DNA from: Octopus sinensis
Taxonomy: Eukaryota
Reading direction: 5' to 3'
NCBI RefSeq assembly: GCF_006345805.1
Contig: NC_042997.1
Coordinates: forward strand, 172,360,001-172,424,000
Length of the DNA stretch: 64,000 nt
A model generated the notes under the pieces. It was not told the origin of the DNA and made no database searches. It was given only the letters and a program-made list of their open reading frames with translations. Positions within the stretch are counted from its first letter, which is position 1. Each line of letters opens with the position of its first letter. The position numbers and the translations under genes were made by a program. This document shows positions 11,588-23,846 of this stretch, piece after piece.

Positions 11588-12508
11588 TGCGTGAGAAGAC
11601 CCGGCAAGACCAGTGAGAACAATCAAAATCAAATCATATATCAGAAAGCAGGGGTTAAGTGACCCATCCGTTCGTGTCCGCTGTCAGCCTCGTCTAGCAC
11701 CCGTGCTGGTGATACGTAAAAGCACCATTCGCTCATGGCCGTTTGCCAGCTCTGCCTGGCCCCGTGTCGGTGGCACGTAAAAGCACCATCCGTTCGTGTT
11801 CGTTGCCAGCCTCGCCTGGCCCCTTGCCGGTGACACGTAAAAGCACCGTCCGTTCGTGGCCGTTTGCCAGCTCTGTCTGGCCCCGTGTCGGTGGCACGTA
11901 AAAGCACCATCCGTTCGTGGCCGTTTGCCAGCTCTGTCTGGCCCCGTGTCGGTGGCACGTAAAAGCACCATCCGTCCGTGTCCGTTGCCAGCCTCGGCTG
12001 GCCCCCGTGCCGGTGACACGTAAAAGCACCGTCCGCTCGTGGCCGTTTGCCAGCTCTGTCTGGCAACCGTGTCCGTGGCACGTAAAAGCACCATCCGTTC
12101 ACGTCCGTTGCCAGCCTCGGCTGGCCCCCGTGCCGGTGACAGGTAAAAGTACCGTCCGTTCGTGGCCGGTTGCCAGCTCTGTCTGGCCCCGTGTCGGTGG
12201 CACGTAAAAGCACCATCCGTTCGTGTCCGTTGCCAGCATCGCCTGGCCCCGTGCCGGTGACACGTAAAAGCACCATCCGTTCGTGGCCGTTCGCCAGCTC
12301 TGTCTGGCACCTGTGCAGGTGGCACGTAAAAAACACCCACTACACTCGTGGAGTGGTTGGCGTTAGGAAGGGCATCCAGCCGTAGAAACACTGCCAGATC
12401 TGACTGGGCCTGACGAAGCCTTCCAGCTTCACAGACCCCAGTTGACCCGTCCAACCCATGCTAGCATGGAAAGCGGACGCTAAACGATGATGATGATGAT
12501 GATGATGA
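11588..12508 (+). mobile_element. RTE LINE 3' UTR containing a GC-rich ~60-bp tandem array
   Basis: Starts GTGAGAAGACCCGGCAAG, similar to the ORF end of the RTE at 29320-29355 minus; array of 11 units; standard (ATG)n-tailed end. Confidence 0.75.
11663..12338 (+). repeat. Minisatellite, 11 x 60-62 bp, two alternating variants
   Basis: Unit CCGTTCGTGGCCGTTTGCCAGCTCTGTCTGGCCCCGTGTCGGTGGCACGTAAAAGCACCAT; order B-A-B-A-A-B-A-B-A-B-A. Confidence 0.95.
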
Positions 12509-12597
12509 TATGTTAGTTCAAAATATCTGGAGTTAAATTGGGAAGAGAATATTCTTTGTTATTTTGAATCTGTTTATGTGTGTGTGTGTATATATAT

Positions 12598-13052
12598 ATG
12601 GAGAGAAGACGGGGGAGGTATGCAGTAATATATGTCTGGAAGATCCTGGAAGGAATTGTGCCAAATTTTGGCATTGTAAGCAACACCAATGCTAGAACGG
12701 GACGACACTGCATAGTGCCAAAGATCCCAGCAATGCCATCATGCTTCAGGACCAGCTTCTGCAACAGCCTGGGTTTCAAGGGCCCACAGCTTTTTAATAT
12801 TCTCCCAAAGAGTCTGAGGAACTTGCACAAAGTAGATGTAGCGGTTTTTAAATCAAGGCTGGACATCTTCCTGTCAAGAGTCCCAGATGAACCTACCTCA
12901 CGGCAAGAGGTGCAAATGAGAGTAGCTGTATCAAACTCCATTCTTCACCAAGTGCCACATATTAGACGAGGTTCGTCGCAATAACAGTGTAGCACAAACC
13001 GGCGGTGCATCAGCATGGCCGCAGCTCTGAGCTGAAACTAGAAAAAAAAAAT
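12598..13052 (+). mobile_element. CR1/Jockey-group LINE 3' end
   Basis: ERRRGRYAVIYVWKILEGIVPN...GPQLFNILPKSLRN..FKSRLDIFLSRVPDEP...SNSILHQ; short 3' UTR with stem-loop and A tail. Confidence 0.85.
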
Positions 13053-13069
13053 ATATATATATATATAGC

Positions 13070-13350
13070 ATCCTCATCACTATCATGGTTTAACGTCTGC
13101 CTTCCATGCTTGATGGGTTGGACAGTTTGACAGGAGCCAGCCAGGCAGGAGCCTGCACCGGACTTCTGTATCTGTTTTGACAGGGATTTTTCAGCTACAA
13201 GGGCCTTCCTAAAACCAACCACCCAGCAGAGTGGACTGAGTGCTTTTTACACGGCACAAGCACAGGTGAGGTCAGTTTTAGCATGGTTTTTACAGCTGGA
13301 TGCCCTTCCAAATGCCAACCACTTTGGAGTGTCGAGTGGATGCTTTTTAC
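13070..13350 (-). mobile_element. (ATG)n-tailed RTE-3'-like element, degenerate
   Basis: TTTAACGTCTGCCTTCCATGC...GGTTGGAC, CAGCTGGATGCCCTTCCAAATGCCAACCAC. Confidence 0.65.
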
Positions 13351-13512
13351 AACCATATATATATATATATACTGTGTATGTGTGTATGTATACAAGTATG
13401 TGTGTGTATGTAAGAATGTGTGTGTGCAAGTATGCGTGTGTGTGTGTGTGTGGAAATGAGATGGAAACACTAAATAAATTATCCAAAATTCTGACCATCT
13501 CCTTTATCTCAA

Positions 13513-13548
<36 letters not shown>

Positions 13549-13676
13549 TGTATGTATGTATGTATGTATGTATGTATGTATGTGTGTGTGTATATAAATG
13601 TGTGTGTGTGTGTGTATATATAAATGTGTGTGTGTGTAAGTGTGTATGTGTGAGTATGTATGTATATGCATATACG

Positions 13677-13820
13677 TATTTGAAAAAAATGAATAGAAAT
13701 GGTTTTTCTAATAATTTTTCCACTTTAATAATTAGATGTTTTTTGTAAACTGATAAACATCTAATTATCAAAGTGGAAAAATTATCAGAAAAGCTATTTC
13801 TATTCATCTTTTTTCAAATA
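13677..13820. repeat. ~65-bp-arm imperfect inverted repeat within microsatellites
   Basis: TATTTGAAAAAAATGAATAGAAAT...TTAGATGTTT pairs with AAACATCTAA...CTATTCATCTTTTTTCAAATA. Confidence 0.9.
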
Positions 13821-14779
13821 TATAATACTGTACCAAGGATTTCCTATTTCTTATTCTACTATATATATATATATACTCACACACACACACATATATATAT
13901 GTGACCGCGTGTGTACCGTTGGTGATTTTTTTTCCTCTGTCTTCCCTTCTCTGGATCTTTCCTTCTCCTATGTTTCCAACGAAGAGCTCCGCTCGAAATG
14001 TTAAACCCTCCTTCTTTCCTTCCTTCTTGAGCGTCCAATAATACTATATTTGTTCCACGTCCTCGCGTTGTGTTTTTTTGTGCTTTCATGTTTGGATTAA
14101 CTATATATATATGCATGTGTGTGTGTGTGTGTGCCTTTTGCTAATACACACATAAATGAGAAAGCCATGAAAAAAAATACATGTTTTTCAAATAGAAATA
14201 ACCTGAATAGTATTTGTTCTGCCCAAGTTGTACAGATAATCTTTTGTGGCTGTCACTCTTAGAAATGCACTGACACAGTGATTGGTCTATTGGAAACCTA
14301 TATCTAACAACACCATTCTTCATAAAATGCCAGATACAAAATTAAATACACATATTATGAAGTAGGGAAATGAGCCAAACAACAAACTTTCCCTAGCATG
14401 AAGATATTGATTTCTGCTGACTGCAAGAGAGCCACCCATTCCCAAACAGGCCTGGACTGAGCCAAAGAAGCTACTTGAAGTGAAACTGGAAGTGATAGAT
14501 AATTAGGAAAGACTTTTGACAGTGTACAAGCACTGGAGTGATGAGAACAGATAGCTGCTGCTTGAACCTGTTGGCACGATTCTGAGTGTTTCATGCTCTG
14601 CAAAACACAGCGCCTTCTAAGTCAAATGAAATCTTATTAGTTCTTTTAACCCTTTTGCTACCAACCTGCATGAGATCACCCCTGGTCCTGTAATAGAAAC
14701 TCTGCTCTAAAGGGATCCAAATTAAGATCTTCCATCAAAATTTCATGTTAATTTGTTCCAAATACAAAGGTTTTAAAGG

Positions 14780-15210
14780 TTCAAATTTTGACACTAGGCC
14801 AGTAATTTAGAGACAAGGTATAAGTCAATTACATTGACCACAGCATTAAACTGGTGCTCATTTTATCGACCCCAAAGGATTAAAGGCAAAGTTGACCTCA
14901 ACAGAATTTGAACTCAGAACATATAGATGGGTAAAATGCCATCCTAGCATTTAGCCCAGTGTGCTAATGATTCTTATTTCTTTATTGCCCACAAGAGGCT
15001 AAACATAGAGGAGACAAACAAGGACAGACAAAGAGATTAAGTCGATTACACCGACCCCAGTGCGTAACTGGTACTTAATTTATCAACCCCAAAAGGATGA
15101 AAGGCTAAGTCAACCTCGGCAGAATTTGAACTTAGAACATACCAGCAGACGAAATACCACTAAGCATTTCATCCAGCTCGCCGCCAGCGTGCTAATGATT
15201 CTGACAGCTT
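14780..15210 (-). mobile_element. SINE family B dimer
   Basis: Two head-to-tail units joined at TGCTAATGATTC/TTATTTC (~14972). Confidence 0.8.
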
Positions 15211-16335
15211 GGCTTGAATAATCTGTCTTGCCATTCTTTCCTGTGACATTCTAATTATATGTCCATAATACCAGAGCTGTAACTGTTGAATGCAGAAAAG
15301 AAACAGTTCAACCTGGAGAGTCTTCCTGATCTCCAAGCTATACCACCTGTCAAGTAATGTTACTCTGGAGATCCTTTGAAGGAACCCTAATTCTGCCACT
15401 TGTATTTGAAATTGTAATCTTTCAGTCACCACCCAACATTCATGACCATAAATAAGGATTGGCACAAAATCTGAGCTGGAGATGGCAACTTTGTATTTTT
15501 TTACCAACTTCTCCACTTTTGAGGATCAAATTCTCGAGTTGGCACATTACTGTGCCAGCACATGCAATTGCAGCATCGTATTCAACCTCCTGCTTCCCAG
15601 CACTTCTGGATAAAAGGATCCCATGTTCTTAAACTTTCCACTTGCCTCAGTTATCTTCCACTAACATGCAGAGTGCAAGACTTTTTGACAGAACCAATAT
15701 TTCAGTCTTCATAACATTAATTCTTATCTCTTCCTTGCAGCACTCACCAGTGAACTTATTCAGTGCACATTGGAGATTACATTTTGATAAGCCAAGTAGC
15801 ATCATGTTGTCTGCAAATATCAGCCAATCAATTCTATGCCTGTCCCAATTGTGATACCAGTTCCACAACAGCTGCACATGTCATTCCAGTTTATGAAAAT
15901 TATGAAATGGAGAGACTACAATACATACTCCTGCTAAAGTACAACCCAGACAGAAAGATTTCAATTTAGCATCATTTACCCAAGCACAAACATATGGGCA
16001 TTCATAAAGGGACTTCACAGAAACCAGAAGTTGTTCATTAGCCCCAAACTCCTGTAAAACTCTCCAAGGCATGTCCTGTGGCATGCAGTAATACGTCTTT
16101 TCAAGGTCTACAAAGCAAATATACACTACATAGCAATTTTCCAATAATTTCTTGATGACATATCAAGTGAATATCTGGTTAGTTCTGTTTTGCAAGCTTG
16201 GATTCAACATTCTCCCTATATCTACTTTTCAGAAAACTGGCATAAACTTTACTGGGAAGCTCAACAAGGAGATTTCTCTATAATTAGGGCACTTTCTCTT
16301 GTCTCCCTTTTTAAAAATTGGGGATTATCACAGTA
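15210..16335 (-). mobile_element. Degenerate RTE LINE reverse transcriptase remnant
   Basis: IIPIFKKGDKRKCPNYREISLLS, CFVDLEKTY, LIFADNMMLLG, PILIYGHECWVVTE, AELGFLQRIS; many stops and frameshifts. Confidence 0.9.
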
Positions 16336-16345
16336 ACAGAGGAAT

Positions 16346-16739
16346 ACTCTTTTATACTTTTACTTGTTTCAGTTATTTGACTGCAGCCATGCTGGGGCAC
16401 CACCTTTAGTCGAGCAAATGATCCCAGGATGTATTCTTTGTAAGCCTAGTACTTATTCTATCTTTCTCTTTTTGCCGAGCCACTAAGTTACAGGAACATA
16501 AACACACCAGCATCGTTTGTCAAGCAATGCTGGGAGGGACAAACACACACACATATATGTACATATACATATATACAACAGGCTTCTTTCAGTTTCCATC
16601 TACCAAATCCACTCACAAGGCTTTGGTCAGCCCGAGGCTATAGAAGAAGACACTTGCCCAAGATGCCCCGCAGTGGGACTGAACCCAGAACCATGTGGTT
16701 GGTAAGCAAGCTACTTACCACACAGCCACTCTTGCACCT
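16346..16739 (-). mobile_element. SINE family A, full length
   Basis: Reverse complement of family A consensus. Confidence 0.9.
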
Positions 16740-16997
16740 ATGTATGTATAAACTTCATGGCTTAGTATGTTGAGGCATGATTAAACAAAGTTTACATGGC
16801 TGTTACCAGTTCCTGTTTACTTTATTTTTTAATATATTTTCTCTTAGCTTCTATCCAGATTAAATTCTCAGAAAGAATATCTTGCATGCCACAGAAAATT
16901 TAGCTGTCTAAAACTTAGAAGAGAAAAATTGCCAAAGAGAGAAATGAAGAAATGCTGCAGTATTGCAATGACTCAATTCCTTTCATAATTTTCCTTT

Positions 16998-17220
16998 CAT
17001 CATCATCATCGTTTAACATCCGCCTTCCATGCTAGCATGGGTTAGGCTGATTTGACTGAGGATTGGCGGACCAGATGGCTGCAACAGGCTCTAATCTTGA
17101 TTTGGCAAAGTTTCTTCAGCTGGATGCCCTTCCTAACACCAACCACTCCGAGAGTGTACTGGGTGCTTTTACATGCCACTGGCACGACGGCCAGTCAGGC
17201 GGTACTGGCAACGGTCATGG
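16998..17220 (-). mobile_element. (ATG)n-tailed RTE 3' UTR end
   Basis: (CAT)n CGTTTAACATCCGCCTTCCATGCTAGCATGGG...GGGTGCTTTTACATGCCAC. Confidence 0.75.
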
Positions 17221-17603
17221 AAAATCATGTTTTTTTTTGGGGGGGGGGGTTACGTGTCGTTGCATAAAAGGAAAAATTATAAGCTAATGAAACTAGCCAC
17301 ACTCACGGGTACATCTACTCAGCTTATTGAAGATGAAGAATCACCACACCCAATTGACATGAATAGTGAAGCACCATCTTGGGAGCTAGACCCAGCCATG
17401 TGATTTTCTGCCAGAGAAAAGGTCAAAATCAGCTATTCTCTCATCTAGCCTATCAAAGGGTGCAGTTTATTACTTTTACTGTGTACATTGATGTCAAGCT
17501 GATGTGTTAGGTTTTCCAACAAGGATGGCTTTAAACATTGGAAAAAAAGCAGAGGAAGAAATAAAAACACATGAACAAAGCCAAAACAACAGAGATTCTG
17601 TGT

Positions 17604-18016
17604 TACTCTTTTATTTGTTTCAGTCATTTGACTGTGGCCATGCTGGAGCACCACTTTTAGTCAAGGAAATCAACCCCAGGACTTATTCTTTGTAAGCCTA
17701 GTAATTATTCTATCTGTCTCTTTTGCCAAACTGCTAAGTTACGGAAACATAAACACACCAGCATCGGTTGTCAAGCGATGTTGGGGGGGGGACAAACACA
17801 GACGCAGAAACATACACACACACACCCATACATACATATATATATACATATATACGATGGGCTTCTTTCAGTTTCCGTCTACCAAATCCACTCACAAGGC
17901 TTTGGTCGGCCCGAGGCTATAGTAGAAGACACTTGCCCAAGGTGCCACGCAGTGGGACTAAACCCAGAACCATGTGGTTGATAAGCAAGCTACTTACCAC
18001 ACAGCCACTCCTTCCT
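17604..18016 (-). mobile_element. SINE family A, full length
   Basis: Reverse complement of family A consensus. Confidence 0.9.
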
Positions 18017-18168
18017 TACATAAAATATTGCTGTGCAATGTTTTATATAAGGAATGTTCTCTCATGCAAACAGGGAATTGGAAAAACAAGTGCAGGAAAG
18101 CAAGAAATACTGGAGTGATGCCTAGTATTTTGTTTGTAGCTTATTTCTAGCTGAGAGACATCTGGCAT

Positions 18169-18397
18169 TTAGCCCTTTAATATTTACACTGGCTATATCC
18201 AGCCAAAATATTTTCACCTGCTTTATATTGAAACTGGTCTGGTCCTGCTTCTCACACCTACCCTACACTATAAGTGTAGAAATAAACAAATCATATCATC
18301 AAATTCTTGAAGTTACAAGATAATGCATGCTTAACTAAAAACAATGTGAATAAATAAGCATTACATTTAACAAAGTAATCTGAGCACTAAAGGTTAG
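18169..18397. mobile_element. TTAA-type MITE, same family as 807-1013
   Basis: TTAG CCCTTTAATATTT...CACTAAAGG TTAG; internal homology to 807-1013. Confidence 0.6.
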
Positions 18398-18484
18398 AAA
18401 TAGTGAAGGGGTCGTAAGATCTAAGCACAATATGGAACTTATTGCACAATATAATCCATTACTGATAGGTCACTCAAAAGCATC

Positions 18485-18912
18485 AGGCAGTGAGCTGGCA
18501 GAAATGTTAGCATGCCAGGCGAAATGCTTAGCGGTATTTTGTCTGCCACTACATTCTGAGTTCAAATTCTACCGAGGTCGACTTTGGCTTTCATCCTTTT
18601 GGGGTCGATTAAATAAGTACCAGTCGCGCACTGGGGTCGATGTAATCGACTTAATACCTATGTCTGTCCTTGTTTGTCCCCTCTGTGTTTAGCCCCTTGT
18701 GGGTAATAAAGAAATAGAAATAGGTATTTTGTCTGCCACTACGTTCTGAGTTCAAATTCTGCCGAGGTCGACTTTGCCTTTCATCCTTTCAGAGTCGATA
18801 AATTAAGTACCAGTCGTGCACTGGGATCAATGTAATCGACTTAATCCCTTTGTCTGTCCTTGTATGTCCTCTCTATGTTTAACCCCTTGTTGGCAATAAA
18901 GAAATAAGAAAT
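18485..18912 (+). mobile_element. SINE family B dimer with 9-bp TSD
   Basis: TSD AAAAGCATC at 18476-18484 and 18913-18921; second unit starts GTATTTTGTCTGCC after the GAAATAG tail. Confidence 0.9.
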
Positions 18913-19564
18913 AAAAGCATCTGGCAATCCTGGAAGTGGTATGCCATCATACTTATCACCTACCATTTACGAAGAAATTGTTGTGTTAAATACAAAATAT
19001 GTAAATCATATTCTGGCAGAACTTAAAACTATCAAGTATTTCTTATTTTTTGTAGATTCAGCTGGGCTCATTGTTTCTGGGAAGCTGATAAAAAGGTTTT
19101 CATTTTCCTGCAAACTGGTTGTCACAAAGTAGAAATAATGGCTACATCTCTGCCAGAATTTCTGAAAATAGAGGGTATAAATTTTGAAGACTGCAGGAGC
19201 AGTTTCATGACAATACCAATTATATGTGCAGTCGTTACACAGAAATGCAAGCCAGACTTAAGAAAAAGAATGTGGGTGCAGTTTTCATTCCCAGTACTGC
19301 TCACACATTTAATCTTGTTCAACAATCTGCTATTTTTTGTTGTGTTGATGTTAGCTATTTTGGTTACAAGCAAAGGTTGCACACATTTTTTTCTGTGTTG
19401 AAACATGGATGGGCAAATTAAATGAAATTTTGGAAAAGAAATAAAAAAGCACTAACTTTAAAGTCTTTGTCAGGAATTCACTTGTCTGCAAGAACTGATG
19501 CTACTGAAGCTCTCATTGCATTTGAAATGCACTCAGATATTTTGAAGATGATATGGAACAAACA

Positions 19565-19965
19565 GGCGTAGGAGTGGCTGTGTGGTAAGTAACTTGCTTA
19601 CCAACCACATGGTTCTGGTTTCAGTCTCACTGCGTGGCACCTTCGGCAAGTGTCTTCTTCTATAGCCTTGGGCTGACCAAAGCCTTGTGAGTGGATTTGG
19701 TAGAAGGAAACTGAAAGAAGCTCATCGTATATATGTATATATATGTGTGTATGTGTTTGTATATGTTTGTGTGTCTGTGTTTGTCCCCACCATCCTCGCT
19801 TGACAACCGATTTGGTGTATTTACATCCCCATAACTTAGCGGTTCAGCAAAAGAGACCGATGGAATAAGTTCTGGGCTTACAAAGAATAAGTCCTGGGGT
19901 CTAAAGGCAGTGCTCCAGCATGGCCACAGTCAAATGACTGAAACAAGTAAAAGAGTAAAAGAGTA
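19565..19965 (+). mobile_element. SINE family A, full length
   Basis: Matches family A consensus; nested in the hAT remnant. Confidence 0.9.
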
Positions 19966-21033
19966 GAAGAGATGAAGCAAGATATGAAACTCAGTCATTG
20001 GCAGACAAAATGGATTGTCTTGAAACTACTCTGAATATTAAGATCTGGAATTTAATTCTTGTAAACTTTTCAAAGAGTTGCAGTTGATCTGAATAAAGTG
20101 GTGGATCTAACTGGTTCTTTGGAAAAATTACTGTAATCACTTCAGGGTAAGTACGAAAAGTTAGCAGTAGATGCCAGGAATATATGTGGAAACACAGATT
20201 ACAAAGCAACAACATATAAGCCAAAGAAAAATAAACATAATGCACATCCTACATCAGCCTGAAGGGAAGTTGTCCTTTTTGCAAGAGAAAAATTCAGATG
20301 CGGGACTTCCAATGTCATTTTAGATAAGTTGCTTTGATACTTTATAAAATCACAGGGCAGCCTATAAATCAGTGCATGGTAAGTTCAAAGTTATTATGAA
20401 CCTGCGTAGTTTATGATCCAGAGATAAGAACTGGAGCTGATAAGTTCATCAGTGCTTTCCCCTGTGATTTTAGTAATGAGTTCAGAGAAGAAATTGCAGT
20501 TTACAGCCTTTTGTAAGCTCAGGTAATGTTTCACCCTATCTCAACAGCAACTTTTAATCCATAATGAAGAGCTTGCTGAAAACTTCTTTGCTGTTTATGT
20601 AGTTCTTAGAATGTATTTGAGCTTGATGGTCATTTGTTATTCAGGAGAGAGGTCATTCAGTAAAGTGGGACTGATAAAAAGAATTATCTGAGAACTGCAA
20701 TGCAGCATGAAAGACTAATTATTTTTTGCCTTCTGGATGTAGAGAGCTGTGTTCTAAAGATGATACAGCTTAAGGAAATCATTAACGATTTTTTTGGATG
20801 TCAAGTGTAGAAAAAAAGATATTTTTTGTAGGTATTGTAGTAGTATATAGCAAAAAAGCAATAAAACTTGTTGTACTTAGTTTAGATGACAAAAGTTTGC
20901 ATTATCAGGTGCATTTCAACTTCTTGTGTGTTAACTTGTCAACTTCAGTTACATGCAGTAGACAAACTTTGGTGATTTGTCATGGATTTCAAAGACAGAA
21001 CTTGTTTCTAATAATGATACAAAGTTCCGTTAT

Positions 21034-21360
21034 TCATCATCATCATCATCGTTTAACGTTCGCATTCCATGCTAGCATGGGTTGGTTGAATGACTGAGGG
21101 CTGGCAAACCAGATGGCTGCACCAGGCTCCAGTCTTGATCTGGCAAAGTTTCTACAGCTGGATGCCCTTCCTAACGCCAACCACTCCAAGAGTGTAGTGG
21201 GTGCTTTTAGTGGGTGCACGGGGGCCAGTCAGGTGGTACTGGCAACGACCTCACTTGAATCTTTTTACACATGCCAGTAAGGCGATGCTAGTAACGATCC
21301 CGCTCAAATGGTGCCTCCTACATGCCACCGGTACGGAAGCCAGTTAGCCGCTCTGGCAAC
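21034..21360 (-). mobile_element. (ATG)n-tailed RTE 3' UTR end
   Basis: Same 3' end as 12340-12508 plus degenerate array units. Confidence 0.75.
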
Positions 21361-22384
21361 AATATGTAGATAAAAACAAATTTACATTTTAAACTTGAGA
21401 AAGTTTTGCGTATCTTTTACTGTTCCACTTACACATTGTATTTGTAATGTGCATGTTAGCTGGTTGATTACTTTTTTGAAAAACCTAACTTTTCCAGATT
21501 TTCACTTAGGTCTTATTAAGGGCACCAATTATTACAAGCGTGAATTTATAGTATGGATATAGAAACTGAAAGTTTCAAAGCATTTGTCCATGGTAATTCT
21601 TTTTCTGCTTGATTTTTGAAGAAATCAGCAGGGCAGCAGGCCTTTATGACAGTAGGTAATCTTTCTTGTCTGCTCCATACAACAATATTTAGCCTGTTAT
21701 ATCTGCACTGAGTAGAAGTTTTGATGGGATTGTTTCACCAGTATTCCTTGTGTATATACTTGTGCATCTCTTTGTGTGTGTGTGTTTATTCTTACAAAGT
21801 GTTGGTCTTGTGCCAATGTAAGAAATCTTTATTTTTGAGAAACTCAGTTGGAGGTAAATAAAAATTGAAACCAGCATAAATTGAACACAGGCCAGTGAAG
21901 TACCTAACTAAAACAAAAAAAATAAACCATTTTAGTTTTGGTGCCAAATTTACCACTTCTATAAACAGACATAGACTTTAGTACAAAATTATAAATCTAA
22001 CAGGAAGTGTTAGTTTAGAATATTAAAACATGGGAATTATTCGATAGACCACTCAGATTATTGAACCAACGATTATTGATGAAGTGTTAGTGTTTGGCTA
22101 ACCATTAGGATTAGGTGTGGCTTTGTAAGAATAAAAAGATGTCTCCAAGAGCAAAGAAAAATATGAAGAAAACATGCATAACAAGAGTGAATTTTACAAA
22201 TATACTTGCGTATTTTATATATTCAAAAATGATTATTTAATTTAAATAATTTTTCTTACTTTAAAGTTTGTTATACTTGAAAAGTAATTTTAAAAAGTAA
22301 CTAAACTTACTGTCAGTCTTTTGCTAAATAAATGTATCACTGGTTATTGTTTCTATAACTAAGAAATTCATAACTAATGAATAC

Positions 22385-22421
<37 letters not shown>

Positions 22422-22577
22422 ATTATTATTGTTGTTGTTATTATTATTATTATTATTTACCTTCTTTCTTCAAATTTTCTTCCATTTCTCGCTGAGTGTT
22501 TTCCATACACCTAGGGCAGAGAAGCTCATTGTATGCATTCCCAGATTACACATGCAAATTTACACGTATATTACTAA

Positions 22578-22786
22578 GGCGGCAAACTGGCAGAATCATT
22601 AGCATGCTGGGCAAAATGATTAACAGTATTTCATCTGCTGCTACGTTCTGAGTTCAAATTCTGCCAAGGTCGACTTTGCCTTTCATCCTTATTTGATGAA
22701 ATAAGTACCAGTTAAGCACTGTGGTTGATGTAATTGACTAAACCCCTGCCCCCAAAATTTTCAAGGCCTTGTGCCTAGAGTAGAAA
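22578..22786 (+). mobile_element. SINE family B monomer next to a (TAT)n tract
   Basis: GGCGGCAAACTGGCAGAATC head; GTTCAAATTC B box; GGTCGACTTTGCCTTTCATCC body. Confidence 0.8.
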
Positions 22787-23846
22787 TTATTATTATTACT
22801 AAATTATACCTCTCTTTTCCTTTTCATCACTACAAATACTAGACCTCCCAATGCTTGATGATCTCTCTCATAGCAACCAGAATTATTTTAGTTATTTGTG
22901 TGTGTGTGTGTGTGTGTGTGTACATGGCAGGCATCAAGTCATTGCTACAAATAACATGTAGTCCAATACAAATGCTACAAATAACATGTAGCCCAGTACA
23001 ACTTGTTACATGGTTAGTGTGATATTCTAATGTTCTGTGGTTTCTTCACAGGTAGGGTATGACTTTGTTAACTGTGCATGACCGGGTCTGACCACACTTA
23101 TGAATGACGGTCTCCTGGAATGAAAAGGAAAGAGTTTTTTGCCATGATGCTCCTCAGAGTACATGATAATTCCTGATGCTTAATACATTGCAACCATTCC
23201 GGTGTCCCTTTGATCTATGGACTATATTCTCTGGATAGGTTAAAATGAGTTATAACCCTTTCAATTGGTTCCAATTTTGACTTACATATAATGACACATT
23301 TTTGTCAGGTTGTCAGCAACTAAACTAGTGACCCCCACCAGGCTTGCCTAGTGAGGAGGGTTACTAGAAACACGGAAGGACAAAAACAAAACAATACCAG
23401 TCAAAAGTATAGATGAAGTAACATAGAATCATTTACTATTTAGCAATAACACAATGGTTGTTGCAAATGGTGTGGCTGCATGAGAATGATATAACAACAC
23501 CATGCAAATATTTAATAGTAACTTTTATTTCACTGCACGAGTAATATTTAAGTTGGTCATGAATTATAAAGTTTCCATAACAAGTCAACACAATTGAAAG
23601 AACAATGCAACAGCATTCATAAATAGTTGATTATAAAAGCTCTGTACTGAGGCTTGCCAAGACAGGAGAGCATATACATGCTGGGTTCATGTTGTAAAAC
23701 TATGGTAGCATGTCTGCAAAACATTAGCCTGCTGTCCATAAGTTTGAGTAATAGTCTTAAGAATGACTGTTTAAAAGTAGCAAGTGAATGAATCAGCTGG
23801 TCTCTGCACAAATATGATGGCAAGAGTGGAGATGTCATTTCACTCA

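Larger units (their letters stand above)
18400..20800 (+). mobile_element. hAT (ZMYM1-like/DUF4371) transposase pseudogene, interrupted by two SINEs
   Basis: ELIAQYNPLL..H, GNPGSG.PSYLSPTIYEEI, AELKTIKYF, DCR..DN.NYM.SRY..MQARLK..N..AVFIP..AHTFNLV, LKSLS...SAR.DA, SGERSFSK dimerisation motif; stops and frameshifts. Confidence 0.9.

Noticed and set aside
11663-12338. CRISPR-like array or repeat-protein ORFs (231 and 256 aa)
   Set aside because: Units are contiguous with no unique spacers, there are no cas genes and the context is eukaryotic; the ORFs are a by-product of a stop-poor GC-rich repeat
14355-14603. 82-aa minus-strand ORF behind a TTTTGCAG acceptor
   Set aside because: No recognisable protein motif and only a weak donor; length is within chance expectation
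17307-17407. Minus-strand exon with good acceptor and GTGAGT donor
   Set aside because: All three frames contain stops; could only be non-coding, and there is no supporting evidence
22944-23001. ~29-bp tandem duplication
   Set aside because: Two copies only; ordinary slippage
23325-23366. Twister-like motif (GTGACC...GAGGAGGGTTAC)
   Set aside because: Lacks the GGUCCCAAGCCC-type core and pseudoknot partners; only a hairpin in a degenerate repeat
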